Below, piece by piece: positions 6,810 through 13,780 of a stretch of DNA of 64,000 bases (the stretch's first letter is position 1; the number at the start of each line of letters is the position of its first letter). Source of the DNA: an uncultured archaeon (GTDB lineage Archaea > Altiarchaeota > Altiarchaeia > IMC4 > SCGC-AAA252-I15); NCBI GenBank assembly GCA_902384455.1, contig CABMCB010000004.1, positions 1 to 64,000 of the forward strand. Reading direction: 5' to 3'. The notes under the pieces were generated by a model. It searched no databases. It was not told the origin of the DNA and saw nothing but the letters and a program-made list of their open reading frames with translations. The translations under genes and the position numbers were made by a program.

Positions 6810-7406
6810 ATGGCTGACACCAAGACGAAAGCACCGAAGGAATCCTTCGAGGACACGGTCCTGAAGGAGGTCAGCCCCGCCGTCCGAGCCGTCTTGCTCG
6901 AACGTGTGATGTTGGCCACCCCGGGATTGGACCCCAACGGGTTCACGCTGCCGGTCGACGCTCCCAAGGACCCCAAGGTGTTGGCCATCGAGAAGGCCAT
7001 CCGCGACAACCAGTTCAACCACAGCTCGGACAACGACGTTCTGGCAACCATCTTGTCGACTGTCCTGGACATGAAGCTGGAGCCCTATCCAAAGTCCAAG
7101 TCGTCCTTCACCCAACCTTTCATGCTGGTCGTGCCTCTGAACAACACCAACAGCCACGACTACGCCGTGGGCGGGGTCTGCATGCTCCGCTCCAAGGGCT
7201 GCAAAGACGCCGTGGAAGTTGTGAGAGGCAAGGTCCGTGTGGGCAACGACCTTCCGACGAGCAAACTGGGCGACGGCGTGGAACTTCGGTTCGCGTCCAA
7301 GGCCGAGGCCGAGGAATTCGTGACCAAGGTCGTCTCCTCCCTGGAGAACATCCAGAAGGTTCGGGGCTGGGTTCCCGAACTGGACGCCTACCTGGACAAG
7401 ATGTAA
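6810..7406 (+). CDS. paralog 3 of tandem family
   Basis: MADTKTKAPKE N-terminus; ATPGLDPN, PKDPKV, QPFMLVVP, SHDYAVGGV, SKAEAEEFVTKV. Confidence 0.65.
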   Translation: MADTKTKAPKESFEDTVLKEVSPAVRAVLLERVMLATPGLDPNGFTLPVDAPKDPKVLAIEKAIRDNQFNHSSDNDVLATILSTVLDMKLEPYPKSKSSFTQPFMLVVPLNNTNSHDYAVGGVCMLRSKGCKDAVEVVRGKVRVGNDLPTSKLGDGVELRFASKAEAEEFVTKVVSSLENIQKVRGWVPELDAYLDKM

Positions 7407-7421
7407 TCGCCTCCGGGTGCA

Positions 7422-7462
7422 GAGGGCGCGGGGCCACAAGCCTCGCGCCCTTTCTGTTTTTA
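7422..7462 (+). terminator. rho-independent terminator
   Basis: GC-rich stem GGGCGCGGGGCC-acaa-GCCTCGCGCCC followed by TTTCTGTTTTT. Confidence 0.65.
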
Positions 7463-7465
7463 GGG

Positions 7466-7494
7466 TTGACAATGAACAAAAACTGTGATAGAAT
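7466..7494 (+). promoter_or_regulatory. sigma70-type promoter TTGACA-N17-TAGAAT
   Basis: Preceded by TTTTAGGG. Drives paralog 4. Confidence 0.65.
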
Positions 7495-7537
7495 GCTTTC
7501 ACGTTGTTAAAAAATCTAAAACCGGAGGTAGTACAGA

Positions 7538-8128
7538 ATGAGCTCGTCGAAGAAGTCGTCGAAGAAGGTGTCGAAGAAGAGCGGCCTGTCCAAGGCTGGG
7601 AAGGCGCTGTTGGAGCTGGCCTTGAAGGCCACCCCGACCCCGACCCTCCCCGCCAAGAAGACCTCGCCCGTGCCCGTGCCTGTGCCCATCAACCCGCAGG
7701 TGAAGGCCGTCGAGGACGTCCTGGCCAAGAGCCCGTGGGGCCCCGGCGACACTCGCACCAAGCTGTTGGCGGACGTGGCCGCTGCCATCCTGGGCAAGCC
7801 GGTGACCGTCCCCTACGCCCCCTCCACCTGCTCCTCGTCCTGTTCCACAAAGCGCGGGATGGTGGTGGTGGTGACGATGGTGGACGTCCCCGGCTACACC
7901 AAGGGCCAGCCCGTCATGTTCAAGTCGACTGGCGGCTCCCACGGCTTGACCGTGAAGGACGGCAAGGTCGTGCGGATGGACTACTCCCTGCCGGTGGGCA
8001 AGCTGGGCGACCCGAGCGTCCTCCGCTACGCCACCAAGAGCGAAATCGAGGGCCTCGTCAAGCGCTTGACGGCCACCCCCTCGCTCGTGCAGGACACGCA
8101 GTCCTGGATGGAGCTGGTCCTGGCCTAA
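7538..8128 (+). CDS. paralog 4 of tandem family (most divergent; Lys/Ser-rich N-terminus)
   Basis: Retains ATPTP, QPVMF, GGSHG, VLRYATKSEIEGLVKRL, which correspond to the family motifs. Confidence 0.55.
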   Translation: MSSSKKSSKKVSKKSGLSKAGKALLELALKATPTPTLPAKKTSPVPVPVPINPQVKAVEDVLAKSPWGPGDTRTKLLADVAAAILGKPVTVPYAPSTCSSSCSTKRGMVVVVTMVDVPGYTKGQPVMFKSTGGSHGLTVKDGKVVRMDYSLPVGKLGDPSVLRYATKSEIEGLVKRLTATPSLVQDTQSWMELVLA

Positions 8129-8146
8129 GCCGGTCCCTGCTGTACC

Positions 8147-8182
8147 GGGCGGGGGACCTAACCAGTCCCCCGCTTTTTTTTG
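8147..8182 (+). terminator. rho-independent terminator
   Basis: GCGGGGGAC-ctaacca-GTCCCCCGC followed by TTTTTTTT. Confidence 0.75.
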
Positions 8183-8198
8183 TTGGTATACTTACGGC

Positions 8199-8282
8199 GG
8201 GCTTGTGGTGAAATTGGCAGACACGCCTGCCTCAAGAGCAGGTGGCCGCAAGGTCGTGAGGGTTCGAGTCCCTCCTTGCCCA
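8199..8282 (+). tRNA. tRNA-Leu(CAA), class II, CCA encoded; two U-U mismatches in acceptor stem
   Basis: Anticodon stem CCTGC/GCAGG, loop CTCAAGA; Leu-type D-arm; T-arm GAGGG-TTCGAGT-CCCTC. Acceptor GGGCTTG/CTTGCCC. Confidence 0.7.
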
Positions 8283-8292
8283 CCAAATAATC

Positions 8293-8378
8293 GGGCTTGT
8301 GGCGAAACTGGCAGACGCGCCCTACTTAAGATGGGGTGCCCCGAGAGGGGCGTGTGGGTTCAAATCCCACCTTGCCCA
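8293..8378 (+). tRNA. tRNA-Leu(TAA), class II, CCA encoded; same mismatched acceptor as Leu(CAA)
   Basis: Anticodon loop CTTAAGA; variable-arm hairpin; T-arm GTGGG-TTCAAAT-CCCAC. Confidence 0.7.
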
Positions 8379-8383
8379 CCAAT

Positions 8384-8455
8384 ACCCTCCTCGTTCAACG
8401 GACAGGACACCTCGCTACGGACGAGGAGACTGGGGTTCGATTCCCTAGGAGGGTA
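8384..8455 (+). tRNA. tRNA-Arg(ACG), CCA encoded
   Basis: Acceptor ACCCTCC/GGAGGGT, anticodon stem CCTCG/CGAGG, loop CTACGGA. Confidence 0.8.
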
Positions 8456-8461
8456 CCATAT

Positions 8462-8534
8462 GTCCCAGTAGCTCAGCCGGAAGAGCAACCGCCTTCTAAG
8501 CGGTCGGTCGCAGGTTCGAGTCCTGCCTGGGATG
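8462..8534 (+). tRNA. tRNA-Arg(TCT), CCA encoded
   Basis: Anticodon stem ACCGC/GCGGT, loop CTTCTAA; T-arm GCAGG-TTCGAGT-CCTGC; G1-U72. Confidence 0.8.
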
Positions 8535-8542
8535 CCATTTAT

Positions 8543-8614
8543 GCCCCGGTAGCTCAGCGGAGGAGCAGCGGTTTCCGAAGCCGAAGGACAGGGGTTCAAA
8601 TCCCTTCCGGGGTA
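8543..8614 (+). tRNA. tRNA-Arg(CCG) (anticodon assignment tentative), CCA encoded
   Basis: D-arm GCTC-AGCGGAG-GAGC, anticodon loop TTCCGAA with a 4-bp stem, T-arm AGGGG-TTCAAAT-CCCTT. Confidence 0.6.
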
Positions 8615-8620
8615 CCATAC

Positions 8621-8693
8621 GCACTCGTAATTCAGTGGCCAGAATGCCGGTCCTACACACCGGACGTCGTAGGTTCGAATCCTACCGAGTGCA
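8621..8693 (+). tRNA. tRNA-Val(TAC), CCA encoded; C at position 33
   Basis: Acceptor GCACTCG/CGAGTGC, anticodon stem CCGGT/ACCGG, loop CCTACAC, T-arm GTAGG-TTCGAAT-CCTAC. Confidence 0.7.
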
Positions 8694-8703
8694 CCATTTT
8701 TAT

Positions 8704-8775
8704 GGCCTTGTAGCTTAACTGGTAAGAGCGCCCGCCTGAAGAGCGGGATATCCGGTTCGACACCCGGCGAGGCCA
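8704..8775 (+). tRNA. tRNA-Phe(GAA), CCA encoded
   Basis: Anticodon stem CCCGC/GCGGG, loop CTGAAGA; T-loop TTCGACA. Confidence 0.8.
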
Positions 8776-8786
8776 CCATTTTTATC

Positions 8787-8814
8787 TTGACATCCTCCCT
8801 GACCCTGGTATAAT
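8787..8814 (+). promoter_or_regulatory. sigma70-type promoter TTGACA-N16-TATAAT
   Basis: Immediately downstream of tRNA-Phe; drives gene 8842. Confidence 0.65.
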
Positions 8815-8841
8815 GGGGTCATCTTGAAAGGGAGGTTGACC

Positions 8842-9165
8842 ATGAACGCAGTTCTGAACAGCTCAAACGTCCAGTGCCCCAAGCCCGAGGTCGGGATGGG
8901 TGCCACCAAGCTGTACTTCACCGACCGCGCTGCCTACACCATCGTGCGCGTCTCCCCTTCCGGCAAGACCTTCTGGATGAAGCGTGACAAGGCCACCCGC
9001 ACCGACACCAACGGCATGTCCGAGTCCCAGACCTACTCCTACGAATCCTTGCCCGACATCATGCCGGAGGAAGCGGTCCGCCTGTGCCAGGATGGCCAGT
9101 GGCGCTCCGTGGGGATGAAGGTCTTAGTGAGTGCCCGCAGGGAGTACCACGACTACAGCTTTTAA
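8842..9165 (+). CDS. hypothetical protein
   Basis: RBS GGAGG 7 nt before ATG 8842; ORF frame 8824..9165. Confidence 0.5.
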   Translation: MNAVLNSSNVQCPKPEVGMGATKLYFTDRAAYTIVRVSPSGKTFWMKRDKATRTDTNGMSESQTYSYESLPDIMPEEAVRLCQDGQWRSVGMKVLVSARREYHDYSF

Positions 9166-9167
9166 GG

Positions 9168-9196
9168 TTGACATCAACCAACTCGTCTTGTAAAAT
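9168..9196 (+). promoter_or_regulatory. sigma70-type promoter TTGACA-N17-TAAAAT
   Basis: Preceded by TTTTAAGG. Confidence 0.65.
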
Positions 9197-9224
9197 GTTC
9201 CCACCTCAAGCATAGGAGACGTCC

Positions 9225-9743
9225 ATGGGCCGCGAAGTGCGAATGGTTCCCCCCGGTTGGCAGCACCCTCAGGAGGCTGATGGCAGATACAAGCCTCTCC
9301 TCGACGGTAGCTTCGAAAAGGCCCTGGCCGAATGGACCGAGGGCAAGAAGAAGTGGGAAGAGGGTTTTCGGGAGAACTGGGGCGCGAAAGAAGGCGAACC
9401 CAAGTGGAAGCCCAAGGAAGCAGATGAGACGTGTTCCTGGGTCGAATGGAATGGTTCCAAGCCCCAGAAACGGGATTACATGCCAACCTTCCCAGAAGGC
9501 ACCGCCACTCACCTCATGATGTACGAGACATGCACGGAAGGTACGCCCATCAGCCCCGCTTTCGCCACGCCCGAAGAACTGGCCCACTGGTTGGCTGATA
9601 ACGGGGCCTCGGCCTTCGGAGACATGACGGCCACCTACGAACAGTGGCTGGCGACCTGCAAGTCCGGCTGGGCTCCCAGCGCCGTCTTCACATCCCAGAC
9701 CGGCCTCACGAGCGGGGTCGCGGCCACCAAAGAGCGCGGTTGA
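9225..9743 (+). CDS. hypothetical protein
   Basis: RBS AGGAGACG; 172 aa, Trp- and Glu-rich. Confidence 0.5.
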   Translation: MGREVRMVPPGWQHPQEADGRYKPLLDGSFEKALAEWTEGKKKWEEGFRENWGAKEGEPKWKPKEADETCSWVEWNGSKPQKRDYMPTFPEGTATHLMMYETCTEGTPISPAFATPEELAHWLADNGASAFGDMTATYEQWLATCKSGWAPSAVFTSQTGLTSGVAATKERG

Positions 9744-9769
9744 CATAAGCCCCCTCACTTTAGTAGAAT
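9740..9769 (+). promoter_or_regulatory. sigma70-type promoter TTGACA-N18-TAGAAT (tRNA-His)
   Basis: Overlaps the stop codon of the previous gene; 14 nt upstream of tRNA-His. Confidence 0.6.
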
Positions 9770-9783
9770 GTGCGTCTTGTGGT

Positions 9784-9857
9784 GTGGGCGTAGCTTAGCT
9801 GGTCTAAAGCACTGGGTCGTGGACCCGGCATCGGGAGTTCGAATCTCCCCGCTCACC
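9784..9857 (+). tRNA. tRNA-His(GTG), CCA encoded; position -1 is T rather than G
   Basis: Acceptor GTGGGCG/CGCTCAC, discriminator C, anticodon loop TCGTGGA, T-arm GGGAG-TTCGAAT-CTCCC. Confidence 0.7.
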
Positions 9858-9888
9858 CCAGAAGGCGTACACCAAAAAGGAAACGACC

Positions 9889-10176
9889 GTGCCTCAAGTA
9901 CATGCCAAAGCCCACCCCCTCGCGGGTAAGACCGTGAAAATCCTCAAGGGGGATTTCAAGGGCGAGGAATATCGCCTGGAAGACTGGTGGGACCGTGTGT
10001 CCGGCGAGTCTTGGATGAACTGCGAAGGTAACCCTGCCTGCATCGAGTACGCCCTGCGCTCCTCTGGGCTCCGCAACAAGGAAGACGCGACCCCCATCGA
10101 CAACAACGTGGTCTACGGGAAAATCGGGGCGTTCGGCAAGCTGATGCACGTCTCGACGCTTGACACGCTGGGCTGA
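9889..10176 (+). CDS. hypothetical protein
   Basis: GTG start with RBS AAAGGAAAC; 95 aa. Confidence 0.45.
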   Translation: MPQVHAKAHPLAGKTVKILKGDFKGEEYRLEDWWDRVSGESWMNCEGNPACIEYALRSSGLRNKEDATPIDNNVVYGKIGAFGKLMHVSTLDTLG

Positions 10177-10207
10177 GTCTGTTAAACTGCGTTCACTGGA
10201 GGACGTC

Positions 10208-10300
10208 ATGGACAAGCTTTTGATGGTAGTCGGCGGCATCTTGTTGGTCGTGGTGTTCATTTCGGTGTTCGCCATCTTCGGCGGAACCCTCGTGTACTAG
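10208..10300 (+). CDS. small hydrophobic peptide (30 aa, single TM helix)
   Basis: RBS GGAGGACGTC before the ATG; MDKLLMVVGGILLVVVFISVFAIFGGTLVY. Confidence 0.35.
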   Translation: MDKLLMVVGGILLVVVFISVFAIFGGTLVY

Positions 10301-10437
10301 CTGTGGCCGTCCACTGCCGTCGCTGTGTTCAACCTGCCCGCGCTGACATGGTGGCAGGCTGTGAAGCTGACATGGCTCTGCTCCCTCCTGTTCAAGAGTT
10401 CGAGCGTGTCGACCAAGAAGGACTGAAAGGAACCGGC

Positions 10438-10632
10438 ATGAAGCTCCTGAAGCTGAAGCACAACGGTGAGGCGGGCATCCAGCCGATGACCCAGCCGTCC
10501 AAGGAAGAGAAGAACCCTGAAATCATCTTCCGCTTGACCATCAAGCGGGGGAGCATCCAGGTCCAGGTCGACCTGACCGTCGACGAGGCCATGGACCTTC
10601 TGGAGCCGGTGCTGCAGTACACCAACAAGTAG
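10438..10632 (+). CDS. hypothetical small protein
   Basis: RBS AAGGAACC before ATG 10438. A longer ORF from 10303 is possible. Confidence 0.35.
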   Translation: MKLLKLKHNGEAGIQPMTQPSKEEKNPEIIFRLTIKRGSIQVQVDLTVDEAMDLLEPVLQYTNK

Positions 10633-10640
10633 GAGCTCCC

Positions 10641-11042
10641 GTGGCCAGCTACAACGACCCGAAGAAGGTGCGGAAGGACAACATCTGGCTGTACGCCCAG
10701 AACAAGCCCTCCCTCATCATCAAGGACCTGGAGAAGTACGGGGTCCCTGCGGAGGACGCGCTTCAAATCCTTCTGGCTCGTGGGGTCTGCAAGTGGTTGG
10801 CAGCACGTCGGGACCTTATCCACACCAAGGACGCCTGGAAAGAGCAAATCCGTCAGTGCCATGAAGAAATCCTCAAGCTCAAGGGAGCTGGTGACTTCAA
10901 GGCCCTCAACAAGGCCCGTGGACGCCTGGAAGCCCTGAACGTCTGCCGTCAGCAGGTCCGGGCCATCTGTAAGAGCGAACGCTGGAGAGTGCCGGACTTC
11001 GACGGTAAAGCTGCCGAGCTTCTCAAGAGGTTGGAGAAATGA
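10641..11042 (+). CDS. hypothetical protein
   Basis: GTG start after RBS GTAGGAG; 133 aa. Confidence 0.5.
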   Translation: MASYNDPKKVRKDNIWLYAQNKPSLIIKDLEKYGVPAEDALQILLARGVCKWLAARRDLIHTKDAWKEQIRQCHEEILKLKGAGDFKALNKARGRLEALNVCRQQVRAICKSERWRVPDFDGKAAELLKRLEK

Positions 11043-11401
11043 AACGAAACACCTTCCTGGTTCTCGCACTCGGATGTCTGGTGTGGCATGCCCAGGCATT
11101 TGACAACACCTGTTCAACAGCCATGAAAGAAGCAGTCAGCTTCTTTAACAGTCTCCCCTCCAATGCAGTGAATGCTCAAATCACGTCCGGGGGAATTGGA
11201 ATCTCTTCTTGCCATGCCTGGGTCGTAACTTGGGGTACGTCCTGCGACGAAAGTTCAGGAACTCAAGCCTCAGCTACTCAAGCCTCAGATACCCAAGCTG
11301 CCGTCTACAAGCCTAAGCCAGACTGGCGGACGTTCCCGACCAAGTATCGGAAGCCCAGCAAGGCTTCAACACCGACGAAGGATGGGATGATACTCAAGTG
11401 A
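11039..11401 (+). CDS. secreted protein (signal peptide), Ser/Thr-rich
   Basis: MKRNTFLVLALGCLVWHAQA N-terminal signal; the ATG overlaps the upstream stop. Confidence 0.55.
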   Translation: MKRNTFLVLALGCLVWHAQAFDNTCSTAMKEAVSFFNSLPSNAVNAQITSGGIGISSCHAWVVTWGTSCDESSGTQASATQASDTQAAVYKPKPDWRTFPTKYRKPSKASTPTKDGMILK

Positions 11402-11637
11402 AAAAGACCAAGAAGGTCAAGAAGACCAAGAAACCCACAACCTACATCAAGAACCTGGGAGAGTTCCTGGACAAGTACTACCCCAGCCTGACTCCAAACG
11501 ACAGGGCCAAGCGCATCCTCATGGCCGAAATTCGTGTGGCCTTGGACAAGTACTTCAAGACCACGAGCGCATTTAGGGATGACGCCGAAAGCATCTTCAT
11601 CGAAATCCTGAGGGACCTACGTGGCTTCTCAATCTGA
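11398..11637 (+). CDS. hypothetical protein, Lys-rich N-terminus
   Basis: GTG start overlapping the upstream stop; 79 aa. Confidence 0.45.
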   Translation: MKKTKKVKKTKKPTTYIKNLGEFLDKYYPSLTPNDRAKRILMAEIRVALDKYFKTTSAFRDDAESIFIEILRDLRGFSI

Positions 11638-11830
11638 CAAACTCGTCGAAGGTGTCAAGAAGCGCATCGGCAACGAGCCGTGGTTCAAAGGTGTGTGCAT
11701 GGACGGTCTGACCGATGACATGACGTTGGCGGAGGCCATCGACCATGCAACAAGTGAAACCATCTACTGGGACAGCCCTTACTTGGCTGGCCCGAAGGAT
11801 GTTTTCCAAACAAGTGAGGAGAAGAAGTAA
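11621..11830 (+). CDS. hypothetical protein
   Basis: GTG start; 69 aa. Confidence 0.4.
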   Translation: MASQSDKLVEGVKKRIGNEPWFKGVCMDGLTDDMTLAEAIDHATSETIYWDSPYLAGPKDVFQTSEEKK

Positions 11831-12094
11831 ATGGGAGAGCTCATCGCCATTTTCGCAGCCGTCATCATCGCCATCGGCGTTGCCGTAGGTATCGTCAAGG
11901 TGATGCAGACCAACACCAAAACCGTGGACGTCAAGAAGACCTTGACCGACACGGAGAAGGCCACATGGTTGGCCGACCACCTTTCTTCGACTTCGGTCAG
12001 CTTTGCTGGGACATGTCTCGTGGAAGACCACACCTATGAGGTGAAGCGTCTCCTCCGCAAGCTTGCCGATTACGAGAAGGGCAAGCGCGTCTGA
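11831..12094 (+). CDS. membrane-anchored hypothetical protein
   Basis: N-terminal TM helix LIAIFAAVIIAIGVAVGIV. Confidence 0.5.
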   Translation: MGELIAIFAAVIIAIGVAVGIVKVMQTNTKTVDVKKTLTDTEKATWLADHLSSTSVSFAGTCLVEDHTYEVKRLLRKLADYEKGKRV

Positions 12095-12255
12095 TGGGTA
12101 GTGGAATCGTACTCGCGTTTATCATCGGGATTCTTTGGGGCATAGGCATAGGTGCCGCATGCACCAAAAAAGACCGTTGTGAATGTTGCGAGTACAACCG
12201 TAGGAAGAATCAGGAGAAGACGCCTCAAGGGCACGGCTGCTGCGGAATTCACTGA
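12094..12255 (+). CDS. small Cys-rich membrane peptide (53 aa)
   Basis: ATG overlaps the upstream TGA. TM helix IVLAFIIGILWGIGIGAA, then CECCEY...GCCG. Confidence 0.35.
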   Translation: MGSGIVLAFIIGILWGIGIGAACTKKDRCECCEYNRRKNQEKTPQGHGCCGIH

Positions 12256-12268
12256 AGGGAGCTGTCTT

Positions 12269-12526
12269 GTGATTGAAGGGCTCACCGCACAAGAGAAGCA
12301 GGCGTTCCAAATCAAGCACTGCATGAACCGCTTAAAAGAGCGGTTTGACTTGGGACCCGAACACTACTACCAAATCCTCAACCGAATTGCTAACGGAGGG
12401 GGTACGATGGTCAAGCCCTCAAAGACCGTCAAAGATACCTATGTGGTCCGACTGAATTACTTGGGTAACCGCTTGAAGGTCGTGGTCGACAGCAAGCACA
12501 GCCACATGCTCACGGTGTACAAGTGA
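12269..12526 (+). CDS. hypothetical protein
   Basis: GTG with RBS AAGGGAGC; C-terminal part of ORF 12152..12526. Confidence 0.45.
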   Translation: MIEGLTAQEKQAFQIKHCMNRLKERFDLGPEHYYQILNRIANGGGTMVKPSKTVKDTYVVRLNYLGNRLKVVVDSKHSHMLTVYK

Positions 12527-12735
12527 AACAAGACAAGGCCATCCGCCAGGACGAAGATGTACCGGCACAGACCAAGAGGGCAGGGTACCGGAAGCTCCGC
12601 AAGCAGGAACTGGAGCGCAAGGGGCTTATCAACTGTGGCCGGTGCCCCTTTAACAAGCACGAAAACGCCAATCGAAAACCGGCCCATTCAAGCTGGAAAA
12701 CAAGCCGAAAGACCCGGTATAAGGGTCAGGGATAG
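12523..12735 (+). CDS. small basic protein with CGRC...H.N (HNH-like remnant?)
   Basis: GTG overlapping the upstream stop; 70 aa, Lys/Arg-rich. Confidence 0.4.
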   Translation: MKQDKAIRQDEDVPAQTKRAGYRKLRKQELERKGLINCGRCPFNKHENANRKPAHSSWKTSRKTRYKGQG

Positions 12736-12787
12736 GTTCCGGCAGGAATCGTCCAAAAAACACCCCTTTAAATGCAAGGGAGAGGCC

Positions 12788-12964
12788 ATGGGCAAGGTAT
12801 ATGCCAAGGGAAAGCACCGTACTTGTGGGGTTTGTAAGCCTCACAAGGTGGGTTGGGAGCCCAAGAAGAAGCTGAAGGTCCGGGTCAAGGAAAAATCCAT
12901 GGCCTTGGATATCCGCGATGTTGACCGGGATTTGATGAACGGCAGGCCGGACCCTGGAGTTTAA
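12788..12964 (+). CDS. small basic protein (CGVC motif)
   Basis: Strong RBS AAGGGAGAGG before ATG 12788. Confidence 0.4.
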   Translation: MGKVYAKGKHRTCGVCKPHKVGWEPKKKLKVRVKEKSMALDIRDVDRDLMNGRPDPGV

Positions 12965-12971
12965 AAAGTAG

Positions 12972-13000
12972 TTGACAGGTCGAAAAGCTTCTGATACACT
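12972..13000 (+). promoter_or_regulatory. sigma70-type promoter TTGACA-N17-TACACT
   Basis: Upstream of paralog A1. Confidence 0.6.
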
Positions 13001-13042
13001 GTGTGAGCGTTGGACATCAAATCCGGGAGGATATTCGAAACC

Positions 13043-13780
13043 ATGGAAATGGCAAGCTGGTTCGAGGACAAGAAGGGCCAAGGGTATATCTTCCTCACGG
13101 ACGAGGACATCATCGCCCACCACGGGGGAGACAAGAACGGCATCAACTGGAACGACTTCGTCGGCCACCACGGACTGATGCAGGTCTTCCACCTCCCCGA
13201 CGCCTACAACCATTACGAGGGCTTCGTCCGCATGCCGGACGTCATCCGCAAGACCATCCTCGCGGGCAAGATGGACATGATGTTCGCCCACGCCGACAAC
13301 CTGTGCGAGGCGACCCCCGAGTTCATCCCCATGATGCACCGGCTGTCCTCCCGCTACAGCAAGGTGGCGTCCGCCCTCTCCTCCAGCCCCTACAGGGACT
13401 GGCACATCGAGAAGGGAAAGCCCACCCTCCACATGCAGATGAAGGTCGGCATCGAGAACGGCTTCAAGGGCTCGACTATCGGGGAAATCCTGCGCCACCC
13501 CCTGTGCGACGAGAAGACCATGTTCCTCGCCTTGGAAGGTGCCCGTGAGCTGATGGACGAGTACCCGGAGCACCACCACTACCGGAACATGGTGGAGAAC
13601 CAGTACGTCACCAAGAAGGTCCTGAACTTCATCCTCAAGAACATCCCCCACGTGGATGTGAAGGAGTGGGCCGAGGCCAGGTTGAAGACCTGCAAGGACC
13701 TGAAGCTTACGAAGGTCACTCTGACCCGTAAGAAGGTCAAAACCGTCCAGATAGACAAAGCCCTGGTAAGGAGCCTGTGA
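13043..13780 (+). CDS. paralog A1 of a duplicated family of unknown function (MEMASWFE...FLTDEDIIAHHG)
   Basis: RBS GGGAGG. Shares its full-length scaffold with 15333..16121 (ASWFE, FLTD.D.IA, W.D.VGH.GLM.VF.LP, MPDVIRK, KMD..FAHA.NL.EATPEF, KGSTIG.ILRHP.C.E.TM.LAL). Confidence 0.6.
   Translation: MEMASWFEDKKGQGYIFLTDEDIIAHHGGDKNGINWNDFVGHHGLMQVFHLPDAYNHYEGFVRMPDVIRKTILAGKMDMMFAHADNLCEATPEFIPMMHRLSSRYSKVASALSSSPYRDWHIEKGKPTLHMQMKVGIENGFKGSTIGEILRHPLCDEKTMFLALEGARELMDEYPEHHHYRNMVENQYVTKKVLNFILKNIPHVDVKEWAEARLKTCKDLKLTKVTLTRKKVKTVQIDKALVRSL

Noticed and set aside
8205-8921. ORFs 8205-8471, 8336-8713, 8360-8779 and 8715-8921 across the second tRNA cluster.
   Set aside because: They coincide with seven tRNA genes and have no translation signals.
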